In this document: positions 1 to 11,125 of the stretch, in pieces
Numbering within the stretch: the first letter of the stretch is position 1
How the letters are laid out: each line of letters begins with the position of its first letter
Assembly: GCA_965649825.1 (NCBI GenBank)
Contig: OZ287700.1
Coordinates: 868,001 to 932,000 of the forward strand
From: Penicillus capitatus
Lineage: Eukaryota > Plantae > Chlorophyta
Direction: 5' to 3'
DNA: 64,000 nucleotides
Position numbers and translations under genes: made by a program
The notes under the pieces: generated by a model
Seen by the model: only the letters and a program-made list of their open reading frames with translations
Told to the model about the DNA's origin: nothing
Database searches by the model: none

Positions 1-1400
1 CGGTGATGCACACACGCAGGGTAATCGTGTCGGGATGTCAGACCAGAAACTGAGACGCCAATGCATCGTATCTGACATTTCTATACTGGACTGCAGCTGG
101 AAACTCAGATTCATCTGACTGCGTTGCTGTTCTATGTCGAAGGCGACTGCCCTGAAAGAATCGTTATGTTGCCCTGCTGGATCTGGATCGTCCATTCAGC
201 TGTCGGATTTTTCAAAGGAAGAGGGTGTCGCCATCCATAAGAAGGCATGCCAAGTTGGATGTTGCATGCAGCACATGCGTTCCGAATCCTCTGCGGCCAA
301 AGAACGGCGAGCAGGTGTAAGAGTTTGTTGAAGAGAGTCCATGCGAGGAGACCAAGAAACGGATAACGGAATGCCGCGCTCGCTGCCTCTAAAACAGTAA
401 GCGTAATCTGCTATACTGAGCTGGAGTGGGTCAGTCGTCGCCGCAGAAGAGGTCGTTCAAGGCGAAGCGTGTAAATTCGGTATACGGAACCGTGGATTCC
501 ATAGACCGTTGATGATTTTGCCCGTCTCTCCCGTACGACAAGGGCCAAGATGAACATAGGTTACACTCGAAGGCTGCATCGCGACGGTCGATTCGTTGTT
601 CAAGGAGACATCGGACGTTTCCGCGCTCGTGACTACGCTTTTAAGGAGCAGCGGAGTGTGTTTACCCCACACAGAAGCCGAGCAGAAGGCACTCGTTGTC
701 TCGTCGTTCGGCTGACCCAAAACTGGACTGGAACCGTTTTGGAAACTTACTTGTGTCCAAATCCTCTTGATTTATGATGCTTCGACTACATGCTTGTCTT
801 GTCGATGAGCAGAGCATTCGGATCTACAAACAGGTTTGAGCTTGATGCAGCGAAGTCAGTGATCTTTCCCTCCACGATCCCTGCCTTCTTCATGACTGAT
901 CTGACACTGGAGATAAAAGTGTGAGACACCATGAGTGATCAGATGCTAAAATGACCAACAGGCTGTAAGGATACTTTTTCTGTGCAGTAGACGAGCAGAG
1001 CTGGTGGTAGATGGGTGAGACGAAGAGGACGATCGAGTCATTCATCTGTCTAGTGGATACTTCTCCCGATGCGTGGTATCGAGTGACAGTTCATGTGACT
1101 GTTCACCTTCGTGCAACCCTTTTCGATATTCCGAAACGTATTAGAACTTCACAAACTGTTTCGCTTTACATTTGTATTACAAACAGTGACTGTTACAGCT
1201 TTAATTTGATCTTGCTGCTTGGAAGCCGGTGTAAAATCATTCCTTCCTGTGTCGAGGTCAATCCAAGTGTAAAACTATGTGCGCCTTGGTCGGTGGTCTT
1301 TCTGGAGCTCTTAGACATCCTCTCATACGTTTTCGAGAGACAAAGTTCTGCCAACCGAGGTTCAACGGTTGGTCATCATCCCGACGTGTTGCCAGACAGT
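1..1400 (-). pseudogene. Diverged, apparently disrupted copy of the uncharacterised gene region at ~26214-27640
   Basis: Colinear similarity by eye (e.g. ggaaactgagacgccaatgca / ggaactgagacgccaatgca; gcatgcagcacatgcgttccgaatcctctgcggcc shared). This copy has indels, an in-frame TAA after LNGRSRSSR and a lost splice donor relative to the 26-27 kb copy. Confidence 0.55.
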
Positions 1401-2805
1401 CACAAAGTCTTCATGCGGTTCGATCCTTCTTCCTTGAGATTCGATCTCTTCTTCCCTGACCCGTTTTTACCATACTATGGTTTTCGTCCTCGTTGACGGT
1501 TTCTCTCCTCGGAGTCGGTGAACGGAGACGACCATCTTGGCAGATATGGCATCTGTATGTTCTCTTGTCTCGGACCTCCTTAGTCTGTCAGTCTGGATAT
1601 CAGGATGCTGGCTTGTATTGCGGTGAAAACGCAACGCTTTCGCAGTTGCATCGCAGAAAGACGACATTGGCTCGCTGAGGAAGGCGGAACGGATGGGCAC
1701 AGCTCGACACAATCCGGTAAGCGAAGCTTCGTTAGTAGGATTACGCCACGCCCCTAAAGCGTAGTACCGAGATCTGTTTCAATGACGATCTGCGACGATT
1801 TTAGGTCCAGCTCTATGAGTGTGTCGCAGAAGAAAACGGAAGTGACGACCTTCTCGCCGTATGGGCTACGATGGGGATGCCCAGATCCGACTGGCCAATC
1901 GCCGACATCAGTTTCGCTGTAGATCACTGCGCGGGAGAATGACTGCATCTCTCGAAAGCAGAAAGCAAGCTCGTTCTTAGTGGAAGCAAACAAAGAATCT
2001 CTACGACGCGGCTCATGCGCCGAGAGCATCTATCTATACTTGCTGGTGGCGGACATCTTCCAACGTGGCGCTGAGGAACGCGAAACTTCCGGCTCGTCTC
2101 TACTGTGCATATCCTCAGCAGCCAGCAAACAAGACGTCAGTCACAACTCATCTGTTTATTTAGAGTAGAGCACAACAGCGAGACATTCAGAACAGTCCAC
2201 ACCCTTGACCCTTGATGATCATGCAAAGATCGTCAAGTGTGTCTAGACAAGAATTTGATCGCGTCGACATTTTTTGAGCAGGCGACTGGGCGTTCTCTCG
2301 ACGATATCTACTCGACCGGTGGTCATCGAATGCGAGAACGATTTGGCGCGCAGGAATGGATGTCACTCTTTCGTTAAAGGCAGATCGTTTCGTTGGAACA
2401 TGAAATGACACTGGACATGCTTTTGACAATGTCATATGACGAGGTATTAGATTTGACTTTGTGAGTATAAAAGGAGCCTGATGGGCTGCCTCGTGTAATT
2501 GATGGTTTGCGTGTTTCGATGTAACCGGTCCTCGACAGTTCCATCTTCTTTCTAGCCTCCGGCGAACATGTGTGCTTCTCGGTCGCTGTTCAGTCTCTCT
2601 TCGCGACGAGCTCCGCCAGTCGAAATACTTCTTAAAAGCCTCAGGGAAGAACGAATATCGACATGGCACCCTCTTCGTCGCACACGCCGACGTGGTCAAC
2701 GCATCTCGACCAAGTAGATCGCCATTTTAGCAGACGAAGAATAAACGCTGTTTCTTGGTCAGGCGCGTCGTCGAGGAGCTCGGTGCTCTGAGCGAAGGCA
2801 ACGTT

Positions 2806-4545
2806 ATGAGCAAAGAGTCCGTCACATCAGAGCACAGGTGAGTAGCACGGAGTCTGCACGAACCCCTTTGGGCGACTACTCTTCTGGAACCGGCAGCGAG
2901 GAAGACACGAGGCAGTGCAAGTATGTTGGAAAGAAAGCGGTCGTCATCGGCGCCGGGCCAGCTGGAGCTACGGCCGCAGCATTTCTCGCCAAAAACGGAT
3001 TCGCCGTCAAAGTCTGCATTCGATCACTTGATGAGGAAGGATCTTGAATGGAGCCGAGGATTAGGTTTATGAAGGCCGCAGCGATCCGCTGAAACACGCG
3101 TACTCTTTGAAGCGTGTGAACGGAATCCGACTGACATCGAACACGGTTAATGTGATGCGAGAAGCAGGAGTCGATCTTCCCATTGATGGCCACAGAAACG
3201 GAGTTCAGAGACACAAAGGTCTGACGATCAGCGCGTCTTGGCCGATCATTCCTTCCGTAGGGACATCAGTAATATCGTCTGCCGGCGTTCGCACGATTTC
3301 CTACCCGAACAGTCCGGATTCCTCAGCTTACGTCGGCCTTCGAAACCAGTTTGCCGAGATCATCTCCGAGGATGTGCAGAAAAAGCACGGAGACAGAGTC
3401 GCTTTCTTCTACAATCATAGATGCACCGTCTGTCTCTTTTACTTGATCGCAGTTCTATGTGTCCACTGCTCTATTTTGCAGGAGGTGCTGTTCGATGAGA
3501 AGCAACTGACGATAGAAGACAGTGATGGAAATATCGTTAAAGAGGGATACGATTTATTGATTGCTGCTGATGGTGTCAACTCGATCGTGAGACAAAAGCT
3601 GCAAGAGTACGACCACACTTATGGAGTAGAGAGCTTTGCACATAGCAATGTCTACAGTGTGATACATGATCTCTCGTGTCTTGCCGATGAAAGTATGGCA
3701 TTCCTTTGATGATGGTACTGGTGTTTAAAGAACGACTGCAGAGGAATTTATGAAAGCGACGAAGCCTGGAATGATAACGCTCGTGGATAGAACGCTGCTC
3801 AGATATCGCGAAGACGGAAAACCAGCTCTGTCGTTTATTATTATCTTATATCCGCCGTCCGAGACGAACACCGTCACCGTTAATATGACGTCGACGCAGA
3901 AAGCTTTCGACAGCATAAAGGACAAAGAATACGAATTTGTTGAGCAGTGTTTCCCTCCTTACCTTCCGAAGGTAATGGAATGATTCACTGCAGAATGCTT
4001 CGGGTGACTGAGTGTCCTTTCTTGCACAGCAATGGCTAAGAGAATTTAGCTTGAGGCTGGCAAATGCGCCGCAAGCAAAACTTCCCACAATCCATGCAGT
4101 TTCGCGTCTGTATGGTCCCTCAATGATCCTCGTTGGCGATGCTGGTCACAGTGCAACGAACTTCATGGGACTGGGGTGATTCTGACAGTTCTCGATTTCA
4201 ACCTTCACCTGAACGACGATGTGCAGGGCCAACGCGGCGATCACAGATTCGGCAGTCCTCGATGATGCGCTGGATCGCGCCGATGGAGACTTGGATGCAG
4301 TTGGGAAGATTTTTAACGATCTTCGTTTCGAAGACGTACGAGCACTTCAGGACATGCAGATGGTAACACCTCCCTCGCTGCCCAGAATCCAGAATCGAGA
4401 CAACGGGGAGTTCTGTGAATTAGACTCTGGATTACAAGGCCTACACGGTGCCGTTCTACAAAAATTGGCGTGGATTCGTTGGATGGGTGCATCTGTCCGT
4501 GCTCGGATCTCTGAGGAAGCTTTTGCCGAAGCTCATGCCCCCTGA
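2806..4545 (+). CDS. FAD-dependent monooxygenase (UbiH/kynurenine 3-monooxygenase-like), multi-exon
   Basis: Rossmann motif AVVIGAGPAGATAA, DLLIAADGVNSIVR and ILVGDAGH motifs, joined by GT-AG introns (first exon MSKESVTSEH from ATG 2806). Confidence 0.8.
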
Positions 4546-4996
4546 TATGATATCTATTGCCGCAAGAGGACAGTGCACTCCAAGGCAAGGAATGCAAAAA
4601 CTGAAGCGCGATGCCGCCGTGTTCTCAAGTGCGTTGCATTCCGAGTCTTCGAGTTTCGCCGATCTTGCCTGCAGTGGTGTCAGCGGTTGCACTCGGTCTG
4701 CTGTTGAAGTACCTCGTCATGCCGGCGGTTAAATTGCTTCTTGGACAACTTTGACAAAACTGAGGGTCTACAGGAAATGCATGAGATCGATCTTCTAAGC
4801 CTCCCTTGCACGACAAGATTGCTCTCGGAGTGTCGTTTTGTAGGAAACAATATGGATATATATATATAATTCCATATTTACATGGCGTTTGCTTTCACAT
4901 GTGCCATGAGCAGACAGAAAAAACATACAAAAACGAAACAAAGAAGCGTTCATTAAGAGATTCACAAAATGATAGGCGCACGTTTGAGCGAATTGC

Positions 4997-7900
4997 TTAT
5001 GCTAGACGAGATTGCAGAGAAGTCGCGAATTCTGCCATTTGAACTCGTAATTTCTTCGACGACCAAACAGACGGCCAATCGGGAACTGAGAACTTCCAGT
5101 CTGTAGGCAGGATGTGTCGGCATGCTGAGCATTTCAGGAGATGATCTCTTGTCTCTGGCACGCGGCCGCAAAAGCGGCAAAGAATTGAGTCTCCATCGGC
5201 GGTATTAAGCAGATTAAACCTGTTGAGATAAACACGGGTTGCCATGTGGCCTGATAGGAATCTGCAGAGGGCTGTGAACTGTCTTCTGCTGTGTGCTTTC
5301 CACCATTTCAACCGAGTCATCTTAACCTTGTCAAAGCACGTGGCTTTCAGAGAGCTTGCACGATCCGTCGATTCCCAAGCGATCTTCCCCTTCGAGTCTG
5401 CAAATAATGAGGCTTCAAAACGCAGTAACTTGAAGCCAGCTTGATCGTCGCCATTCATGGATTCTAGAGTGATCTTTTCCCATCTATCCAGTTTTTCTTG
5501 CGACAGGAACTCTTCGTAACGGTTACTGATGAGAAACAGCGGCGAGTCATAAGTTCCAGCCAATGCAGGATGAAGATCGTAGAAGGACAAATCTTCCAGT
5601 TTGACCTTAGCAAGAAGAGAGCGTCGAGTGATTTCATCATCGGGGAGCCTTAGGCCCGCTAGGGCTAATACTGCTGCTGTTGATGTGGTGCGAAGAGCCC
5701 CAGTGATGAGGAGGGCACCAGACCGAATGACCGACATCAAGGACTTCCTCTTCTGCGTTAGGGCTCTACTACCGGATGACCAGATCAGGGCTCCGTAGTA
5801 GAGGACTGGTGCAACGCATGCCTGGAACAGTGTACGCAGGACGCCAGGAGTGGCACCCCATAAACTGTTGCTGATCCGTTTGATGGACTCCAGTCGACGC
5901 TGTGCTTTCATGCAGACTCCCGAGACGTGAGCGCTGAAGTTTAGCTTGCTGTCCATTTTCAGCCCGAGGTAAGTGAATTGTGGTTCTTCTTGCAATAGGG
6001 AGCCGTCCAGATTCACTTGGATCGATGTGGCCTTTCGGAGTCTTGAGAAGCGTACCAGATGGCTTTTGCTGGCATTAAACTGCATTCCGTTGAGTGTTGC
6101 CCACTGGACGGCCTTCTTCAAGGAGGACTCGAGATGTGCTTGGCCTTCGCCCCGTGGGCCAATCTGGCAGTATAGCAGACAGTCATCAGCGAATAGACAG
6201 CATTTCACCTCAGGGGGAACTGAGTTTGCGAGGCTGTTGACAAAGCACAGAAAGAGCGTAGGCGACAGACATGACCCCTGAGGCACACCAGCCACCGGAC
6301 GGCAGTGGATCGAGGACGTCGGGAGGGAGATGGTAGCTTCCCTTTCCACTAGGAAACTGTCTACCATGCTCCACAGGTAGGCTGGAATGTTGAGCTGCCC
6401 CAATCTGTACATTAGGATCGGATGGGGGACGGTATCAAAGGCTGCAGTGAGATCTAGGCTCACGGCGCCGATCTGACTGCGAGAGTTGAAAGCATGAATG
6501 ATGTCTTCCGCAAACCAGGTTAACGCCGATTCTGTACTGCGAGCTCTTCTGAAACCGAACTGTTGATCGACCAGGCATCCATGCTCTTCGAGAAAGCTGT
6601 ACAGGCGACGCTGTAGAACTCTTTCTAGGACCTTTCCTAGAGTGTTCAAAAGGCAGATTGGCCTCCAGCTGGACACGAGGGAGAGATCTTTGTCAGGTTT
6701 GGGCAGTGGGATGACGGAAGCTTTCTTCCAGGCCTTCGGGAAGTATGCCAAGGAAAGCGCTGCGTTCAGAATTGGAAGGAGGACTTGGCCGGTCACACCT
6801 AGGGTGTTGCGAAGACACAAAGATGGTATCGAGTCCGGGCCAGGCGCTCCATCCTTTGACCGGGTGATTGCTTCTACGAGCTCCTTCCATGTGATCTCTT
6901 CTCCCGGGGAGAAGTCTAGGCGTCTTCTGGCTATTCTGAAGTCTTCCGCGAACTTCCCCAAAACAGACTTTCCTTCATTTGGAAAGAAACGGGCTTCCAA
7001 TGATTTGTAATCCTCTGGTGGCTGGGCGGGTTGGCTACGTTTCCGAGATCTGTCGATTTTTGCAAAGCCATTCCACATGTCCGATTTCATGTCACTGCAG
7101 AATTTGACAAAGGATTTTTTCTTCTGTAGCCGAACTTCTTTCTTGAATGAGGCTCTGGCTTCGCGTGCTTCCTTCCAGCGTGTGGCCAATTCGACTTCGA
7201 GTTGGGCAGACATAGGGTGACTCTTGGCCTTTTGGACCGCTCGTATGTACCTATTCCGAGCACGCTTCATATCCTTCCATTTAAACTTGACAGACTGTGT
7301 GAACCAAGGCTTCGAATCGTTCTGGATTGACTTTGTCCTTGTAAATTGAGAGGCCGTATTCTGTAGAGCACTTGTCAGCATATCGATGCGTTCATCGATT
7401 TGATCTTGGGTCTCCATGGGCAATGAGAACTCAGGCCGGCTGAGTGTCTTTTCGAGGTGCTCATTGAAGGCAGGCCAGTCCACGTCCCTCCAGTTAGTGA
7501 ATCTTCGGGGAGTGATCTTTTGGTACCCGAGGTTGAGCGTTGTTTTAACGAGCGAATGATCGGAAACTGGAATGGCTGAGTGCACTACTCTCCATTCTAC
7601 TATCGACTTTGATAGCGGCGCTGTGGCCAAAGTAATATCAAGCCAATGTGGTCTGTGATCTTGATCGAAGAAAGTAGGAGGGCCTGAGGGGTCGTTAGCG
7701 ATGACCAGCTGGTTTGCACTTATAAAGTCTTCCCATAAACGGCCAATCTCGTTCGGGTGCTCCGGACCCCACAGATAGGAGTGACCATTTCCGTCTCCTA
7801 ACAGTAATATGCGGTCGGTTTTTCTCTTCAATAGGTTGAATGCTTCGTCGACCGCTTCAAGACCGTTTCCGGAGGTGTGTCGCACGTAGAATGAGATCAC

Positions 7901-8290
7901 CCCGATCAATCCGGCAGGGGTATAGACAGTGATTGCTATGACCCTCGGGGAAGGACTGGACAGGGACACCACAGAGTAGTTGATATCTTCCCTGATGAAT
8001 AGTCCACACAGCGATTCACCTTGTGGAGATGATCTCAGCCAGATGTGACGATTTGAGCGAAATTCATTGTTCCTTAGGTACCACGGAGCTTCGCTGACTG
8101 CCACCAGACAAGGCGCCGAGTCGTTCATCCAGAGTTCCAAAGCGGGTAGACTCAAGCTGCGGGAGGCAAGATTTATTTGCTCAAACGTAAGAAAACTTGT
8201 TGACTGATCTATGTGACGGGGGGGGGGTAGGATTGAGCTGTATCGTCGAAACTGAATCGCTTCTTGAGAAAAAACTTGAGGATGGATCAC
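4997..8290 (-). CDS. LINE ORF2: APE endonuclease + reverse transcriptase + C-terminal CCHC finger (1097 aa)
   Basis: APE motifs QINL, SEAPW, GDGNGH, LDITLA, SDH; RT motifs APGPDSI, WRPICLL, QFGFR, LDLTAAFDTV, GVPQGSCLSP, LFADD, YLG; terminal CRFCG..ETRDHLLKC. Confidence 0.95.
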   Translation of the reverse strand: MIHPQVFSQEAIQFRRYSSILPPPRHIDQSTSFLTFEQINLASRSLSLPALELWMNDSAPCLVAVSEAPWYLRNNEFRSNRHIWLRSSPQGESLCGLFIREDINYSVVSLSSPSPRVIAITVYTPAGLIGVISFYVRHTSGNGLEAVDEAFNLLKRKTDRILLLGDGNGHSYLWGPEHPNEIGRLWEDFISANQLVIANDPSGPPTFFDQDHRPHWLDITLATAPLSKSIVEWRVVHSAIPVSDHSLVKTTLNLGYQKITPRRFTNWRDVDWPAFNEHLEKTLSRPEFSLPMETQDQIDERIDMLTSALQNTASQFTRTKSIQNDSKPWFTQSVKFKWKDMKRARNRYIRAVQKAKSHPMSAQLEVELATRWKEAREARASFKKEVRLQKKKSFVKFCSDMKSDMWNGFAKIDRSRKRSQPAQPPEDYKSLEARFFPNEGKSVLGKFAEDFRIARRRLDFSPGEEITWKELVEAITRSKDGAPGPDSIPSLCLRNTLGVTGQVLLPILNAALSLAYFPKAWKKASVIPLPKPDKDLSLVSSWRPICLLNTLGKVLERVLQRRLYSFLEEHGCLVDQQFGFRRARSTESALTWFAEDIIHAFNSRSQIGAVSLDLTAAFDTVPHPILMYRLGQLNIPAYLWSMVDSFLVEREATISLPTSSIHCRPVAGVPQGSCLSPTLFLCFVNSLANSVPPEVKCCLFADDCLLYCQIGPRGEGQAHLESSLKKAVQWATLNGMQFNASKSHLVRFSRLRKATSIQVNLDGSLLQEEPQFTYLGLKMDSKLNFSAHVSGVCMKAQRRLESIKRISNSLWGATPGVLRTLFQACVAPVLYYGALIWSSGSRALTQKRKSLMSVIRSGALLITGALRTTSTAAVLALAGLRLPDDEITRRSLLAKVKLEDLSFYDLHPALAGTYDSPLFLISNRYEEFLSQEKLDRWEKITLESMNGDDQAGFKLLRFEASLFADSKGKIAWESTDRASSLKATCFDKVKMTRLKWWKAHSRRQFTALCRFLSGHMATRVYLNRFNLLNTADGDSILCRFCGRVPETRDHLLKCSACRHILPTDWKFSVPDWPSVWSSKKLRVQMAEFATSLQSRLA

Positions 8291-8307
8291 TGGAAGAAAA
8301 CGAGTAT

Positions 8308-9837
8308 TTACTGTTCTTCATGTTGCATTAACGGTGACGTTTGCTGGACAGGGTGGGGAGCTGCATCTACTGCCATGGCAGCGTCTTCCTCTTCGACGTC
8401 TGAACCCCAGCTGCTTACTCGGTTTTGCTCAAGAGGAGCTGATTGTGCCGACGGCTGCTCCGAAGCCTTGCGGGATGGGCATTCGGAGGACAAGTGTGAC
8501 TGTTTGCAATAAGAGCAGAGGGGAGGGTTGGGACAGTCTACTGCTTTGTGATGCCCCACGCACCCGCATTTCATGCATCGATAGGAAACTGGCTCGAATC
8601 TGCGACAGTAACGCGCGCTCAAATTGACGAAGCAGCCCCCTTGGTTGATCAGGATCTCCAGTAGATCGTGTTCCGCAAAAAGGCGGATTCCACGTCCTTC
8701 GCCCCATGATCCGTCTGGAAGACGACGTTTGAGGCGTGTGGCGCCTTTTATCATCTTTTGGATTTCTTCTGGTCGCAGTCCAATCACGGAATAGTTTTTC
8801 CATACGAGGTCTTCGATAAGTTCGTCTGTAGAGACCTCCGGAACGTTTTCGATGACGACAGATGGGCCAGATGGTCCACTGGGAGGTGGTAATCTCTTCC
8901 AAGTACCGAGGGTTTCTAGTGCCACTGCGTTTTGGTTCAGGTCGCTGAGCTTCGACCACGCTGGCTCTGAGATTTGGATGAGAAATCCGCCTCTGTCGAG
9001 GCGATTCGAGCAGCGCTCTATACAACGACTGCTGCCACAGATCCTGTGCAGGGCTTGTTCGAGCTCGGTCTTGAATTTCAGTCTATCAACGGGCACCTGG
9101 TTGTAGGAGCGAAACTCCGGTTCCCAAATGCGCGTCCTTTCAGGATCTCGACCACCGGCTCCTATCTTAGCGAGATTGGCAAGGGCAGATTTCTTGTCAG
9201 AGCGCTGTCGATCTCTGAGGTTCGCGACGGAAGCTTTCGGGATCTGACTCCAGTTTTGCCCTTCCCGTCGGGCCACAGCTGCATAGGACAGCGCAGCCTT
9301 TGGAGGTGCGCGGCGAGTCTCTAACGTGCTGGTAGGTTCTTTGGGCAGAGTCTTCGCTCCAAGAAGAAAGCCCGCTCGAATACCATCAACATAGGCACCG
9401 GCGACTTGGGCAAAGAAATCGCGGTCCAACTGCTGGTCAGCCATTCTCATTTTGTCAAGGATAGCGGCAAGCTTCTCGCAGGTCTCTATGACTGGATTGG
9501 TGACAGAGGATGCGACTGATGGAACATTCGTAGCTTCCGTTACGGGCGGAGGCTGAGAGGCCGAGGAGGCCTGCTGAGCTTCGGCAGGGTGGCGAAGCTG
9601 AACCTCGGATTCGTCGATAAGAGACGATAGCATGCTGCGTAGTTCGGAGACAGGTGCCTGGCTGCGAAATGAGCAACCTCGCTGTTTGAGCAACCGTTTG
9701 AGTTCTTTTGCCGGAGCACGCGCTATGCCCTCCCTAGAGAGGAGGGGACGCATATCAGAACGTAGATCTGAAGTCTTCCGAACCTTCCCCGACCCTGGGT
9801 CAAGCTTGTCCGACGCCACGCGAGGAGAACGAATCAT
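8308..9837 (-). CDS. LINE ORF1, gag-like nucleic-acid-binding protein with two zinc knuckles (509 aa)
   Basis: CMKCGCVGHHKAVDC (CX2CX4HX5C) and CSYCKQSHLSSEC (CX2CX3HX4C); ends 17 nt before ORF2. Confidence 0.9.
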   Translation of the reverse strand: MIRSPRVASDKLDPGSGKVRKTSDLRSDMRPLLSREGIARAPAKELKRLLKQRGCSFRSQAPVSELRSMLSSLIDESEVQLRHPAEAQQASSASQPPPVTEATNVPSVASSVTNPVIETCEKLAAILDKMRMADQQLDRDFFAQVAGAYVDGIRAGFLLGAKTLPKEPTSTLETRRAPPKAALSYAAVARREGQNWSQIPKASVANLRDRQRSDKKSALANLAKIGAGGRDPERTRIWEPEFRSYNQVPVDRLKFKTELEQALHRICGSSRCIERCSNRLDRGGFLIQISEPAWSKLSDLNQNAVALETLGTWKRLPPPSGPSGPSVVIENVPEVSTDELIEDLVWKNYSVIGLRPEEIQKMIKGATRLKRRLPDGSWGEGRGIRLFAEHDLLEILINQGGCFVNLSARYCRRFEPVSYRCMKCGCVGHHKAVDCPNPPLCSYCKQSHLSSECPSRKASEQPSAQSAPLEQNRVSSWGSDVEEEDAAMAVDAAPHPVQQTSPLMQHEEQ

Positions 9838-9899
9838 GACGTGACAGAATTTTTCGCAGGCATGGATGTTCGATACTAAGTATCATTTGACGAGAATCA

Positions 9900-10310
9900 A
9901 ATGATGTAACTCAAATGACAAGGCATGTTAGACCCACGTATGCTCTCGCTCTCATCGCTGTTCATTAAACATGGCCATCCGTTCGCAAATGCAATCTGCC
10001 TGCCGCCGTCGTTCGGATATGAGCTTAAGCATTCAGTCTCGCGCAATAGAAGAATGCATGAGACACGGTAAGCAAGTGTGTCTGTCGCATCAGCTGTCCC
10101 CTTCACCGTTGATATCGTCACGTCCAATGTGGCTATGTTCGATTCCCGTGTCGTTAAAGCATGATACTAGATTAAACATCTCAATCACTGATCTCACTGC
10201 TCTTGTCATCTGTTGCATCGAGAGGTCACTCAGAGACAACGAACATCTGAACAGTCTTCGTCGGTCATGCATGTCCTTAATACGTCTTCATTCTTTTCAT
10301 CGAATTCCGC
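9900..10310. repeat. Segment present as an inverted diverged copy at ~55445-55900; coding status unclear
   Basis: Shared translated blocks such as KGTADAT / LLLxETEC / QIAFAN and VLRTxxTDEDC; frameshifting indels between copies. Confidence 0.7.
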
Positions 10311-11125
10311 GCACATGGTTTCAAGGTAAGGTGCGAGAATGGGGGGAGATCTACTCAGAAGTGTAGAACTTTTGACAGACCAACTGTCCCTCCGCGCTTG
10401 AGAACTCTTCAGCTGGATCGCATTCACATCTCGAAGATGCGCTCCACGCACTCAACGTACTAAGAGTCAACAACATGTCAAGTGATAACGCGTCTTAAAC
10501 TCCATTCACTGTGTCAGAAGATAAGAACTCCAATAGAGAATGGAACAGGGGATCTCTTCGACTGGTCGTGGATTCCTCCGATCCACTGCAACCTATAGAA
10601 CGCTAAACAGTTTCGAATGCTTAGTCTTTTAGTTCCTCAGGCATTCCTCTGACGGCGCGCCGTCGACTATTCAACTGTCAAATGATATTGATAGGTCTGT
10701 CAGATGTCAAGGAGCTGTTTGGCCCTCTGCCCTATCTTTCCAGCGAGAAATTGCGGCAGTCCACGTACGAGAAGCTTCTTCGTCCATGCGTTCTACCGTC
10801 GAGATACAGGATGCCAGTTCTGAGCTAAGATTCGAAGAAGTGCCATCTGCTCTTCCGAATCTCGTGTGACGGCTACGTTGACAGCGCAGGGTTTTGTACG
10901 ACCGTATAGTTTGAACCTCATTTGAGCTCGTTTAGCAGATCCGTGACCCGTCTACCAACACAACGAATATTTTGAAATTCAGATCGGTTTTGTAGCGGTG
11001 AAATCCAGCCATTAATGATCAAGGAGGTATGAGGGTGTCCTTATAGAATAACATGATTACGCGAGTGCGACCATAGACAATTGAAACGAATGAAATATGA
11101 TCCTGGATCCATTCACGTGTGTATG

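Larger units (their letters stand above)
4858..9861 (-). mobile_element. Non-LTR retrotransposon (LINE; two ORFs, APE-RT type, R1/I/Jockey-group-like)
   Basis: Two intact ORFs, T-rich 3' UTR ending in a (TA)n run at ~4858-4870, candidate 6-bp TSD ATGGAT at 4852-4857 and 9862-9867. Boundaries tentative. Confidence 0.9.
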
